A DNA stretch of 64,000 bases from an uncultured Acidimicrobiales bacterium (GCA_963802385.1 CAWDIO010000015.1:73179-137178); one strand, 5' to 3'. Numbered from the stretch's first letter, positions 23,256-36,588 are shown. The notes: generated from the sequence alone by a model not told the origin. Translations and numbers: made by a program.

Positions 23256-24329
23256 TCAGGAGTATCGGTCGAGGATGCTGGTCTCGGCCAGCCGCGACAG
23301 GCCCTCCTTGATGGCCCGGGCCCGGGTCTGGCCCACCCCCGTGACGTCGTCGAGGTCGTCGATGGTGGCCCGCATGATCTTCTGGAGCGTGCCGAAGCGG
23401 TGGACGATGCGCTCGATGATCGACTCGGGCAGCCGGGGGATGCGCGCCAGCAGCCGGAAGCCCCGCGGCTGCACGTTGGCGTCGAGGTCGACCACGGCGC
23501 CCGGCAGGTGCAGGGTCGCCCCCACCGCCTTGGCGTCGAGCAGCTCCTCGGTGCTCATGGCCGACAGGGCGACCATGGCCTGCTCCAGGCGCCACTCGGT
23601 CTCGGCGGTGAAGTAGTCGAGCATGACCAGGCGGCGATCGTCCTCGACCCCGCCCATCAGCTCCTCCAGCTGGAGCTTGACCAGCCGGCCGTCCACCCCG
23701 AGCTCCACGATGTCGCCGCTGATCTCGTCCGCGATGCGCCGCACCATCTCGGTGCGCTGGAGGACGTTGACCACGTCGCGCACCGTCACCAGGTCCTCGA
23801 CCTCCAGCGCCGAGAGCGACGCGGCCACGCCGTCGAGGCGGTCGCGGTAGCGCTCCAGGGTCTGGAGGGCCTGGTTGGCCCGCACCAGCAGCCGGGGGAT
23901 GGTCTCCAGCGGGTGCTTCTCGTCGTTCACGTACACGGCGATGATCGACATGTCCTCCGACACCGAGATGACGGGCACATCGATGGAGCGGGCCACGCGC
24001 TCGGCGGTGCGGTGCCGCGTGCCGGTCTCGGACGTGGGCACGTTGGGGTTGGGCACCAGGTGGACGTTGGCGCGGGCGATGCGGCTGGCGTCGGAGGCGA
24101 GGATGATGGCCCCGTCCATCTTGGCCAGCTCGGACAGCCGCTGGGGCGAGAAGGCGGCGTCGAGCAGGAACCCGCCCGAGCAGATGTTGAGCACCTCGGG
24201 GCCGTCGCCCACCACGATGAGCGCGCCCATGTTGGCCTGGAGTATCCGATCGATGCCCTCGCGCAGCCCGGTGCCGGGGGCCACGGCGGCGAGCGCGTCC
24301 ATGAGCTCGGCACTGGGGCGGGATACCAC
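23256..24329 (-). CDS. disA: DNA integrity scanning diadenylate cyclase
   Basis: APGT.LREG, KMDGA, ETGTRHRTAER and a C-terminal HhH motif. Confidence 0.96.
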   Translation of the reverse strand: MVSRPSAELMDALAAVAPGTGLREGIDRILQANMGALIVVGDGPEVLNICSGGFLLDAAFSPQRLSELAKMDGAIILASDASRIARANVHLVPNPNVPTSETGTRHRTAERVARSIDVPVISVSEDMSIIAVYVNDEKHPLETIPRLLVRANQALQTLERYRDRLDGVAASLSALEVEDLVTVRDVVNVLQRTEMVRRIADEISGDIVELGVDGRLVKLQLEELMGGVEDDRRLVMLDYFTAETEWRLEQAMVALSAMSTEELLDAKAVGATLHLPGAVVDLDANVQPRGFRLLARIPRLPESIIERIVHRFGTLQKIMRATIDDLDDVTGVGQTRARAIKEGLSRLAETSILDRYS

Positions 24330-24386
24330 GCGCCACAGGGTACTGCGGGACCTGGCATTGCCCTGCGAACCCACCGCGCTGGCGAC

Positions 24387-25760
24387 TCATGACGCCACGG
24401 GCTGCGCGCGGAACGCCTGACGGTGGAGCGCCTCTCCGATCGACGTCGCCCGATCGAGGCGCATGCCCGCGGGAGCGTCGGGCGCGGAGCGGGGCACCAG
24501 GGCGCGCCCGAACCCCAGGCGGGCGGCCTCGGACAGCCGGCGCTCGGTGCGCTGCACCTGGCGCAGCTCGCCGCCCAGGCCGATCTCGCCGCAGGTGACC
24601 AGGTCCGCGGGCACCGGCCGCCCGGTGGCGGACGAGGCCACCGCCAGCGCCACCGCCAGGTCGGCCCCGGGCTCGCTCACCCGCACGCCGCCGGTGACGG
24701 CCACGTGGACCTCGGCCCGGCCCACGTCGAGCCCGGCGTGCCGCTCCAGGACCGCCAGCACCTGGGCCAGCCGGCCGCCGTCGACGCCCTGGGCCGTGCG
24801 CCGGGGCGTGGGCACGGTGCTGGGCACCACCAGCGCCTGCACCTCCACCAGCAGCGGCCGCCAGCCGTCGAGCACCGGGGCGACGACGGACCCGGGCACG
24901 CCGGGCTGGCGGTCGGCGAGGAACAGGGCGCTGGGGTCGGGCACCCCCACCAGGCCCGACTCGCCCATCTCGAACAGGCCCAGCTCGTGGGTGCTGCCGA
25001 AGCGGTGCTTGGCCGCCCGCAGCATGCGCAGGGCGTGATGGCGGTCGCCCTCGAAGGCCAGCACGGTGTCGACCAGGTGCTCCAGCACCCGGGGACCGGC
25101 GAGGCCCCCGTCCTTGGTCACGTGCCCCACCAGCACCACGCTCACGCCCCGCGCCTTGGCCTCGCCGACCAGCCGCTGGGCGCAGCCCCGCACCTGGCCC
25201 ACCGAGCCGGGCGCACTGGGAAGGTCGGGGTCGAACACGGTCTGGATGGAGTCGACCACCACCACGGCCGGCGCCAGCGAGTCGATGTGCGCCAGCACCC
25301 GGGGCAGGGAGGTCTCGGCCACCAGCCACAGCGCCGGGGCGCTGACCCCGAGGCGCTCGGCCCGCAGCGCCACCTGGCGGGCCGACTCCTCGGCCGTCAC
25401 GTACAGGCAGGTGGCGCCCCGCGCGGCCACCGACGACAGGGCCTGGAGCAGCAGCGTGGACTTGCCCACCCCGGGCTCGCCCCCCACCACGGTGACCGAC
25501 CCGGGCACCAGCCCGCCGCCCAGCACGCGGTCGAGCTCACCGTCGCCGGTGGGGACCGGCTCGGTGGCGTCGCCCACCGCCTCGGCGATGGGGACGGGCA
25601 CCGACAGCGGGACCAGCGCCGCCCCCGGCCGGCCGGAGGCGGCGGGGAGCACCGCCTCCTCGGTCAGCGTGCCGCTGGCCTCGCAGGCCGTGCACCAACC
25701 CATCCACTTGGGCGCATCCGCCCCGCACTCGCTGCACCGGTAGACCGTCTTCTGCCGCAC
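24387..25760 (-). CDS. radA: DNA repair protein RadA/Sms
   Basis: CxxC..CxxC zinc finger, GEPGVGKST, GHVTKDG, KHRFG, GEIGLGGE. Confidence 0.96.
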   Translation of the reverse strand: MRQKTVYRCSECGADAPKWMGWCTACEASGTLTEEAVLPAASGRPGAALVPLSVPVPIAEAVGDATEPVPTGDGELDRVLGGGLVPGSVTVVGGEPGVGKSTLLLQALSSVAARGATCLYVTAEESARQVALRAERLGVSAPALWLVAETSLPRVLAHIDSLAPAVVVVDSIQTVFDPDLPSAPGSVGQVRGCAQRLVGEAKARGVSVVLVGHVTKDGGLAGPRVLEHLVDTVLAFEGDRHHALRMLRAAKHRFGSTHELGLFEMGESGLVGVPDPSALFLADRQPGVPGSVVAPVLDGWRPLLVEVQALVVPSTVPTPRRTAQGVDGGRLAQVLAVLERHAGLDVGRAEVHVAVTGGVRVSEPGADLAVALAVASSATGRPVPADLVTCGEIGLGGELRQVQRTERRLSEAARLGFGRALVPRSAPDAPAGMRLDRATSIGEALHRQAFRAQPVAS

Positions 25761-25831
25761 GGCCGAGACACTACGGAGGGGGTATGACAACCAAGCTACG
25801 AGCCCTCCGGGCCCTCCCTCCGGCGGTGGGG

Positions 25832-25930
25832 CGAGGCAATAGGCGTCCGGCGGCGGCGGCACGAGGCAGTAGCGGTCGGGGGCCGGCCGCTATTGCCTCG
25901 TGCCGCCGTCCGCGGCCCGCTATTGCCTCG
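25832..25930. repeat. Nested palindromic REP/MITE-like element, copy 1
   Basis: cgaggcaatag...cgaggcagtagcggtcgg-ggg-ccggccgctattgcctcg...ctattgcctcg. Confidence 0.75.
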
Positions 25931-25969
25931 GGCTGCCAGGTCGGTGACCGGCGGGTAACGTCGGCGCCC

Positions 25970-27656
25970 GTGCGTGCCCGGGTGCTGGTCCCGCTGTATG
26001 TCGCTCTCGCCGCGGTCGTGACCTGGCCCATGCCGCGGCACCCGGCCAGCGCGCTCAACTACGGCGCCGAGCCGGTCGCCACGGTGCCGCTGTTCAACCT
26101 GTGGACCCTGCGCTGGAACGAGACCGCCCTCGGCGACCTCTTCCGCCACTACTGGGACGCGCCGCTGTTCCACCCGGTCACGGGGACGTTCGCGCTGTCC
26201 GAGCCCCAGCCGCTCACCGGGCTGGTGTTCGCCCCCGTCGCCTTCCTGACCCGCAACCCGGTGCTGGCCTTCAACCTGGTGCTGCTGGCGGGGCTCACCC
26301 TCAACGGGCTGGCCGGGTACCGGCTGGCCCGAACGCTGGAGGCGGAACCCGTCCCCGCGGCCGTGACCGGGGGCCTGGCCGTGGCGCTGCCGTTCGTCGC
26401 CGCCCAGCTGGGCGTGCTCCAGCTGGTCATGGTGTTCCCGCTGCTGCTGCTCGTCGACGCCGTGCTCCGCTGGGCGCCCGAGGGCGGGCCGGCGCCGGGC
26501 GGCGGAGATCGGCCTGTGGCTGGCCGTCAGCTTCCTGACCTGCGGCTACTACGGGCTGTTCGCGGTGGTGGTCATCGGCCCGTCCGCCCTGGTGCTCGCC
26601 CGCCGGAGCTGGCTCAGCCGGTCCCGCGCCCTCGATCTCACGGTCATGGTGGGCCTGTTCGCGGTCCTCGCCCTGCCCGTCCTCCTCCCCCAGGCCCGCA
26701 TCACCTCCGACTACAGCCGCAGCGAGGAGACCATCGAGAGCCTGAGCGCCGACACGGCCGACTTCCTGCGGCTGCCGGTCGGCTCCGCCGGGGCGGACAT
26801 CGTGCCCTGGGCCCAGGACCCCGACGGCGGGCACGCCCTCTACCCGGGGACCGTGCTGCTGGTGCTGGCCATCGCCGGCACGGTGGTGGCGGCGCGCCGG
26901 GCCGCGGCCGACCCCACGGCCACCGACCGCAACCGGCGGGCGACCTTCCTGCTGGTGGGCCTGATGGTGGCCCACCTGCTCAGCCTGGGGCTCAACCTCA
27001 GCCTCGGCGGCTGGCAGCCGTACCAGCTCCTGCGGCGGTTCGTGCCGGGCTTCGAGAGCCTGCGCAGCCCGTTCCGCGCCGACGTGCTCACCCAGCTGTT
27101 CGCGCTGGGCCTGGCGTCCTACGCCCTCGACGCCGCCTGGCGCTGGCTGCGGGCCCCGGAGCGCGCCGAGCGGGTGCCGCGGGCCGCGGCTCTGGCCCTG
27201 GCCGGCGCCGTGGTGGTGCTGGCCCTGGCCGAGACCGGCGTGACGCCGGGCCGGCTGCACCGGGTGGACACCGCCACGCCCGACTGGGCCGCCTACCTCG
27301 ACGAGCACCCCCTGGGACCGGACCCGGCCGTGCTGGCCTTCCTGCCGTTCCCGCCCAACGGCCGCGCCGGGTCCTACCAGGACACGGTGGACGACATGCT
27401 GGCGGTCCTCGACACCGGGGACACCACCGTGAACGGCTACTCGGGCCTCTTCCCCGCCGACTACGACACGCTGGAGCTGGCCATGCGCGAGTACCCCGAC
27501 GACGCGGCCGACGCCCTGGTGGCCCAGTACGGGGTGGACGCCCTGGTGGTGGACCGGGACTGGCTGGCGGACAACCCGGCCGCGGCCTCCTCCCTCGACG
27601 CCGGCTACCGGGAGCTCCACGAGGGGCCCGAGACCGTCGTCTACATCCCCCTGTAG
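25970..27656 (+). CDS. Polytopic membrane protein, possibly a GT-C-type glycosyltransferase (frameshift near 26495)
   Basis: WTLRWN, DAPLFHP..TFALSE, LYPG, LRSPFR and VNGYSG, with many hydrophobic helices. Confidence 0.65.
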
Positions 27657-28417
27657 CGGGCCGCCCGCATCGAGCGCCCCACCAGCACGAGCACCAGGGC
27701 GATGAGGCTGATGGCGGCGATCACCGCCAGGGCCAGCTCCGGCCAGCGGAACACGGTGCTGTCGGCCGCCATGTCCAGCGGCGGGTCGCCCAGCTTGGGG
27801 GACCAGCTCGTCTCCTTGCCGGGGAGCCGGGCCGTCACCGTGAACGTGAACGCCTCGGACAGCGGGCGGCCGATGCGGGCCTCGATGGCGGCCGCGTCCT
27901 CGCCCAGCGGCTCGCCGTCCAGCAGGGCCGCCAGCCCCTCGTCGCCGAACGCCTCCAGGCCCTCGCTCAGGTCCGCGGTGCCCCGGAACTGGTAGCGCAC
28001 CCGGCCGAAGGGATGGTCCCGGGTGACGTGCAGGTGCTGGAGCGGCCCGTCCTCCCCGGTGATCTGGGCCAGGACCTGGTCGGCCTCCTCCGGGGTGCCG
28101 AACGGGTGGGTGACCCGGATCAAGGTCGTGCCGTCGTCACCGGTCACCGGCGCGCTGACCTCCCAGCCCGCCGCGGTCAGGTCGTCGGCGCGGACCAGCG
28201 CCGCCAGGTCGTCCGGGCCGGAGACGCCGTCGCCGTCCAGGTCGGGCAGCTCGGACACCGCCTCCTCGTCGAGCCCGGTCGCCACCTCGACCGAGCCGGA
28301 GCCGTCGTCGTCGACGTCCACGGTGACCACGGTTCGCACCTCGCACGCGGTCGAGACGAGGGCGACCAGTACAGCCGGGAGGAGACGGCGAGCGATGCAG
28401 GGGCGCGAACGGTCCAC
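27641..28417 (-). CDS. Lipoprotein with a C-terminal TM anchor (LppM-like; start uncertain)
   Basis: LVSTAC lipobox, VDVDDDGSG and a C-terminal hydrophobic helix. Confidence 0.65.
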   Translation of the reverse strand: MDRSRPCIARRLLPAVLVALVSTACEVRTVVTVDVDDDGSGSVEVATGLDEEAVSELPDLDGDGVSGPDDLAALVRADDLTAAGWEVSAPVTGDDGTTLIRVTHPFGTPEEADQVLAQITGEDGPLQHLHVTRDHPFGRVRYQFRGTADLSEGLEAFGDEGLAALLDGEPLGEDAAAIEARIGRPLSEAFTFTVTARLPGKETSWSPKLGDPPLDMAADSTVFRWPELALAVIAAISLIALVLVLVGRSMRAARYRGM

Positions 28418-28488
28418 GTTGAAAGGCGGACCTTACGACGCGAACCGACCGCCCGCTGGCGACTCGGTTGCAGTCCTGCCCGCGACCG

Positions 28489-31023
<2,535 letters not shown>

Positions 31024-31160
31024 AACCTTCCTCCCGGCGGTCGGGGGATCCGTGCAGCGAGTGTACAGCCCACCCCCTGCCAGCAACCCCTCCGCCTTCC
31101 GGCGGCAGCGTTCGTAACCGGATCGCGCGCCTCCGTGCACCCCCGGTGGCGGCGGGCAGG

Positions 31161-32172
31161 TCAGCCGGCCTGCAGGTCGGCGACGGCCTGGCGGACCGCG
31201 TCTGCCGAGGTCCCCAGCACGCTCAATGCGCCCGCGGCCAGGCCCTCGCCCTGCTCCGCCCGGCGCACGAGGCCGAGCAGCAGGTCCTCGGTGTCGATGC
31301 CGTGACGGCCCGCGGAGACGGCCTCTACCAGCGCCAGCTCCAGCACCTCCAGGCCGCTGTCCGACAGCGCGGGCTCGAAGGGCGCGGGCGGCCCGGAGCC
31401 GGCCGGCCCCAGGATCGCCTCGGCCTTCTCCCGCGCCTGCTCCAGCGTGACGCCCACCGCGTTCAGCGCCCGGGCGCCGCGCCCGCCGGCCTCGGCGAGG
31501 ATGCCGAGCAGCAGGTGCTCCTCCCCCGCCTCGGCTTTGCCGTAGCGGAGGCCCTCGGACTGGGCCAGCAGCACCGCCCGCCAGGCCTCCGCGGTGAGCC
31601 GGCGCAGAACCGGCAGCTCCTCCCGGGGCGGGCCGTACATGACCGGGCCGGTGGCCTGGATCCGGCCCGAGCGGGTGAGCGAGGACCACACGCGCCGGGG
31701 CATGCCGGGCCGGGGCAGCGGCACCGCCGCCAGGGCCCATGTCCCCTACCAGCGTGTGCACCCGCGCATTGACCGCCGACAGGTCGGCCCCCAGGGCCAC
31801 GATCACCTGGCAGGCCACGCCCTCGCCCTCGCGCACGAGGCCGAGCAGGACGTGCTCGGTGCCTATGTAGTTGTGGCCGAGCTGCAGCGCCTCCCGCAGC
31901 GCCAGCTCCAGCACCTTCTTGGCCCGCGGGGTGAAGGGGATGTGCCCCGACGGCGTGGAGTCGCCCTCACCGATGATCTCTTCCACCTTGGCGCGGACAG
32001 CCTGCAGGTTGATGCCCTCGGCCGCGAGGGCCTCGTACCCGACCCCGCTGCCCTCGTGGACGAGGCCCAGCAGGATGTGCTCGGTGCCGATGTAGTTGTG
32101 GTTGAGGAGCCGGGCTTCCTCCTGCGCCAGCACCACCACACGCCGCGCCCGGTCGGTGAAACGTTCGAACAT
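31161..32172 (-). CDS. Stand-alone protein with tandem Clp N-terminal domains (apparent frameshift near 31740)
   Basis: First domain is a close copy of the ClpC N-domain. Second is divergent ([17 protein letters not shown]). No AAA module. Confidence 0.8.
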
Positions 32173-32245
32173 GATCCCCCTGCCCTCCCCTCCCGGTTCC
32201 GGGCTGGTGTCGAAGTTAGCGCCCACCCTCACCTACCGTTTGGTC

Positions 32246-33235
32246 GTGGCTCCCCCCCATCCGCTCGTCGACCTGCCCGGCATGCCCGCCCTGCGCGAGC
32301 GGGTCGAGAAGCGGCTGGCCACGGCGGTCGAGTCCGACGACCCCGCCATGACCGAGATGGCGTCGCACCTCGTGCGGGCGGGCGGCAAGCGGCTGCGGCC
32401 GGTGCTGGCGGCCCTGTCCTCGACCGCGGCGACCGGGCCCGCGACCGTCGCCGACGACGTCATCACCGGGGGCGTGGCCTGCGAGCTGGTGCACGTGGGG
32501 TCGCTGCACCACGACGACGTCATCGACGAGGCGCCCACCCGCCACCGGGTCGACAGCGTCAACGCGCGCTGGGGCAACCTGCGGGCCATCCTGTCCGGCG
32601 ACTTCCTGCTGGCCCGGGCGTCGGAGCTGGCGGCGTCGCTGGGGACCGAGGTGGCGGGCCTGCTGGCCTCCACCATCGGCCGGCTCTGCGAGGGCCAGGT
32701 GCGCGAGCTCCAGCACGCCTACCGGGTCGAACGCAGCGTGTCCGACTACGAGGCGTCGATCGAGGGCAAGACCGCCGCGCTGTTCGCCACCTCCTGCCGC
32801 ATCGGCGGCCTGGTGGCCGAGGCGCCCCGGCCCGAGGTCGAGGCGCTCACCGAGTTCGGGCGCCGCTACGGCCTCGCCTTCCAGGTGGTGGACGACATCC
32901 TCGACGTGGTGGCGACCGAGGAGGAGCTGGGCAAGCCCGCGGGCCACGACATGGCCGAGGGCGTCTACACGCTGCCGGTGCTCCACACCCTGGCCCAGGA
33001 GACGCCCAAGGCCGCCGAGCTGCGGACGCTGCTCGGCGGCCCCCTGGGCCCGGCGGAACAGGCCCGGGCCCTGGCGCTGGTGCGGGAGGGCGACGGCGTC
33101 GGCGCCGCCGTCACCCGGGCCCGGACGTACGTGGACGGGGCGGTGGCGGCGCTGGCCGCGCTCCCGCCCTCGCCCGCGGGCGACACGCTGGCCGCCGCGG
33201 CCCTCCACCTGCTGGAGGGCATGGGCGACGGATGA
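32246..33235 (+). CDS. Polyprenyl diphosphate synthase
   Basis: GGKRLRP, HDDVID, GKTA, FQVVDDILD. Confidence 0.92.
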   Translation: MAPPHPLVDLPGMPALRERVEKRLATAVESDDPAMTEMASHLVRAGGKRLRPVLAALSSTAATGPATVADDVITGGVACELVHVGSLHHDDVIDEAPTRHRVDSVNARWGNLRAILSGDFLLARASELAASLGTEVAGLLASTIGRLCEGQVRELQHAYRVERSVSDYEASIEGKTAALFATSCRIGGLVAEAPRPEVEALTEFGRRYGLAFQVVDDILDVVATEEELGKPAGHDMAEGVYTLPVLHTLAQETPKAAELRTLLGGPLGPAEQARALALVREGDGVGAAVTRARTYVDGAVAALAALPPSPAGDTLAAAALHLLEGMGDG

Positions 33236-33742
33236 CCCGCGATACGGGACGCCCGGCCGGAGGACGTCGAGGCCATCACCGCCCTCACCAACGCGCTGAT
33301 CGCAACCACCACGATCGAGTGGCGGGACACGCCCTACGCGCTCGACGACCGCCGGGCGTGGCTGGCGGCCAAGCTGGCGGCCGGGCTCCCGGTGCTGGTG
33401 GCGGAGGACGGGGGCGAGGTGGTGGGCTGGGCGGGGCTGGGCGACTTCCGGGACACGGCCCGCTGGCCCGGCTACCGGTTCACGGTCGAGCACTCCGTCC
33501 ACGTCCGCCGGGATCACTGGGGCCGGGGCACCGGCCGGGCCCTGCTCGACGCCCTGGCCGCGCGGGCGCAGGCGGCCGGCAAGCGGGTCATGGTGGCGGC
33601 GGTGGACGGCGACAACCGGGCCGCCATCGGCTTCCACGAGCGGATCGGCTTCGTGCAGGTGGGCCGGCTGCCAGGCGTGGGCGAGAAGTTCGGCCGGCGG
33701 CTCGACCTCGTCCTGCTCCAGCGGGAGCTGGAACTCGGGTGA
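33232..33742 (+). CDS. GNAT N-acetyltransferase (phosphinothricin acetyltransferase-like), frameshift just after the start
   Basis: YRFTVEHSVHV, GRGTG, FHERIGF, GEKFGRRLD. Confidence 0.87.
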
Positions 33743-33774
33743 CCCCGACTTGCGGGCGTCGGTAGCTTCCGCCC

Positions 33775-34335
33775 ATGCCGATCGAGCCCGACACCAAGGA
33801 CTGGACCTGGGTGCTGGAGCGCCCCTGCCCCGAGTGCGGGTTCGAGGCCGCGACCGTGGCTCCCGCCGCCGTGGGCGACCTGGTGCGTGCCAACGCCGCC
33901 GCCTGGCAGGAGGCGCTGGCCCAGCCCGCCCGCGAGGTCCGGCAGCGCCCGTCCGACGACCGCTGGTCGGCCCTGGAGTACGCCTGTCACGTCCGCGACG
34001 TACTGGTGATCTATGACGAGCGGTTGCTGCTCATGCTGACCGAGGACGACCCCGACTTCGCCAACTGGGACCAGGACGTCGCCGCGGTCGAGGGCCGCTA
34101 CGACGAGCAGGACCCGGCCCGGGTGGCGGCCGACATCGCCGCGGCCGGGGCCGTGATCGCCCAGCGCTTCGACGGCGTGCCCGACGACGCCTGGGGGCGC
34201 ACGGGCAACCGCAGCGACGGCGCCCGGTTCACGATCGACAGCTTCGCCCGCTACTTCGTCCACGACCCGGTCCACCACCTCGACGACGTCGAGAAGGGCT
34301 TCGCCGCCATCCGGGCGGGTGCGGGCGATGGGTGA
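33775..34335 (+). CDS. DinB-family protein with an N-terminal CxxC
   Basis: KDWTWVLERPCPECG, WSALEYACHVRD, HDPVHH. Confidence 0.85.
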   Translation: MPIEPDTKDWTWVLERPCPECGFEAATVAPAAVGDLVRANAAAWQEALAQPAREVRQRPSDDRWSALEYACHVRDVLVIYDERLLLMLTEDDPDFANWDQDVAAVEGRYDEQDPARVAADIAAAGAVIAQRFDGVPDDAWGRTGNRSDGARFTIDSFARYFVHDPVHHLDDVEKGFAAIRAGAGDG

Positions 34336-35173
34336 CCTCGATTTCGACACCCGGATCGAGGCGGTCGGCGAGGGCCGCTACCGGGCCAAGGTCAGCCCCG
34401 ACTGGACCATCTGGGGCCCCAACGGCGGCTACGTCGCCTCGCTGGCGCTGCGGGCCGCCGGGGCCGCCCTGGACCGGGCCCGGCCGGCCAGCATCGTGGC
34501 CCAGCTCCTCGGCGTCGCGGCCTTCGACGTGGTCGACCTCGACGTCACCATCCTCCGCAGGTCCCGCTACGCCACCGCGGCCCAGGTGAGCCTGCGCCAG
34601 GGCGACCGGCGCATCCTCGAGGCCCTCGTGTGGGGCGTCGACCCCGGGGAGCTGACCCTGGAGCACGACGTCGACCCCGCGCCCGACGTGGCCGGCCCCG
34701 AGGACTTGCCGTCCCGGGAGGATCGGATCGCGGCCATCCCGCCCGATCGGCCCGGCCCGCCCCGCTTCCCCTTCTTCGAGAACTTCGACACGCACCCGTT
34801 GCAGTGGTCCGAGACCTGGCCGCCGCCCGGTCCGCTGGAGCCCGTGACCCGCCAGTGGGTGCGCTACCGGCCCACTCCCCGCTTCGAGGACCCGTGGGTG
34901 GACGCCTGCCGGCTGCTGATCCCCATCGACACCTACGGGTGGCCGGCGGCCAGCCAGGCCCACGCCTGGATCGACCCGCCGCAGGCCATCGCCGTCACCA
35001 TCGATCTCAAGGTGAGCTTCCACCGGTACAGCGAGGACGAGTGGCTGCTGGTGGAGGCCGTATCGCCCATCGCCACCGCGAGCCTGGCCAACGCCACCGC
35101 CAAGGTGTGGGACCGCACCGGGCGCCTGCTGGCGTCGGGGGGCCAGACCATGCTGGTCCGTCCCGCCTCCTAG
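34328..35173 (+). CDS. Acyl-CoA thioesterase (double hotdog fold)
   Basis: GPNGGY, TIDLKVSFH, WDRTGRLLASGGQ. Confidence 0.85.
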   Translation: MGDLDFDTRIEAVGEGRYRAKVSPDWTIWGPNGGYVASLALRAAGAALDRARPASIVAQLLGVAAFDVVDLDVTILRRSRYATAAQVSLRQGDRRILEALVWGVDPGELTLEHDVDPAPDVAGPEDLPSREDRIAAIPPDRPGPPRFPFFENFDTHPLQWSETWPPPGPLEPVTRQWVRYRPTPRFEDPWVDACRLLIPIDTYGWPAASQAHAWIDPPQAIAVTIDLKVSFHRYSEDEWLLVEAVSPIATASLANATAKVWDRTGRLLASGGQTMLVRPAS

Positions 35174-35184
35174 GCTGTCGGGCG

Positions 35185-35490
35185 ATGGCCGGACCCCTCA
35201 CCACCACCGTCCAGCCCGACCTCGACGAGCGGCTGGACGAGCGGACCGACGAGGATCGGGAGACCGGCAGGCCGCACGTGGCCCACATCGTCAAGACCGA
35301 CCCGGGCGAGTCGGCGGTCGCCAAGGTGACCGAGGCCCGCATCTACGGCTACCCGGTCGAGGCCCTGTGCGGCGAGGTGTTCGTGCCCCAGCGCGACCCC
35401 AAGAAGCTGCCGATGTGCCAGGCGTGCAAGGAGATCTACGAGATCTACCGCGCGGTGAACGACGGCCTGGGCGAAACGCCGAACGCCTGA
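35185..35490 (+). CDS. DUF3039 domain protein
   Basis: HIVK, VEALCGEVFVP.RDP, MCQACKEIY. Confidence 0.88.
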   Translation: MAGPLTTTVQPDLDERLDERTDEDRETGRPHVAHIVKTDPGESAVAKVTEARIYGYPVEALCGEVFVPQRDPKKLPMCQACKEIYEIYRAVNDGLGETPNA

Positions 35491-35495
35491 GCGCC

Positions 35496-36585
35496 ATGCA
35501 GGCCCAGGTGTTGTTCGTGCTGTGGGACGGCGGCGGCAACGTCAGCCCGGTCCTGGCCCTGTCCCGCCGCCTGGCCGCGGGCGGCGTCGACGTCGCCGCC
35601 TACGGGCCCCCGGCGCTGGCCGCCCGGTTCGGGGCCGAGGGCGTCGTCTTCGAGCCCCGCGACGTGCCCGATCCCTGGGACATGGGCGCCATGGCCGGCG
35701 ACGTCCGGGACGTGTGCGAGCGGCTCGACGCCGCCCTGCCGGTCGTCGACTACATGCTGACCGGGGCCCTGGTGGGCGCGGAGCTGGCGGGGCGGCGGCG
35801 GGTGGCGCTGGTCCACACGCTCTACGGCGGCCTGCTGGCCGACGGCGCCCCCGACCCGATGGGCATGAGCGGGCCCGTGGAGCGGGTCAACGCGGTGCGG
35901 GCCGAGCACGGCCTCGCGCCCGTGGACCGCCTGGCCGACCTGCTCGACGCGTGCGAGGCCGTGCTGGTCACCTGCCCGCGGGAGCTGGACGAGCGCGAGG
36001 ACGAGTGGGCCGGCAACGTCCGCCACGTGGGCCCCATCCTGGAGGGCCCGGGCCCCGACACCGGCTGGCGCCCGCCGGACGGCGACGATCCCCTGGTGGT
36101 GGTGAGCCTGGGGACCACGCCCATGGGCGAGGGCCCGGTGCTGGCCCGCCTGCTCGCCGCCCTGGCCGGCGAGCCCGTGCGGGTGCTGGTCATGCTGGGC
36201 GACCACCTCGACCGCGGGCGCCTCGAAGCTGGCCGCCAACGCCACCGAGTCCGGCTACGTCCGCCATGCGGTCGTCATGCCCCACGCCGCCCTCAGCATC
36301 AACCACGCAGGGCTGGGCACCGCGCTGGCCGCGCTGGCGCACGGCGTGCCCCAGCTGTGCCTGCCCCTGGGCCGCGACCAGCCCGCCAACGCGCGGGCGG
36401 TGGCCCGGGTGGGCGCGGGCGTGGCGCTGGGCGCGGATGCCGGTCCCGAGCTGGTGCGCGACGCCGTCCGGGACCTGCTCGCCGACCCCTTCTACCGGGA
36501 ATCGGCCCAGCGCATGGCCGCCCTCATCCCGCCGCCCGACACGCCCAGCCCGGCCGAGGAGGCCATCACCGCCCTCCTGGCGTGA
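35496..36585 (+). CDS. Family 1 (MGT-like) glycosyltransferase, frameshift near 36225
   Basis: GGGNVSP, VSLGT, HAGLGT, GVPQLCLPLGRDQ..NA. Confidence 0.82.
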
Positions 36586-36588
36586 GGC

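Noticed and set aside
31024-31160. SigR-type promoter upstream of clpC
   Set aside because: GGAA/GAAC and GTT elements are present, but not at the expected ~18-19 nt spacing.
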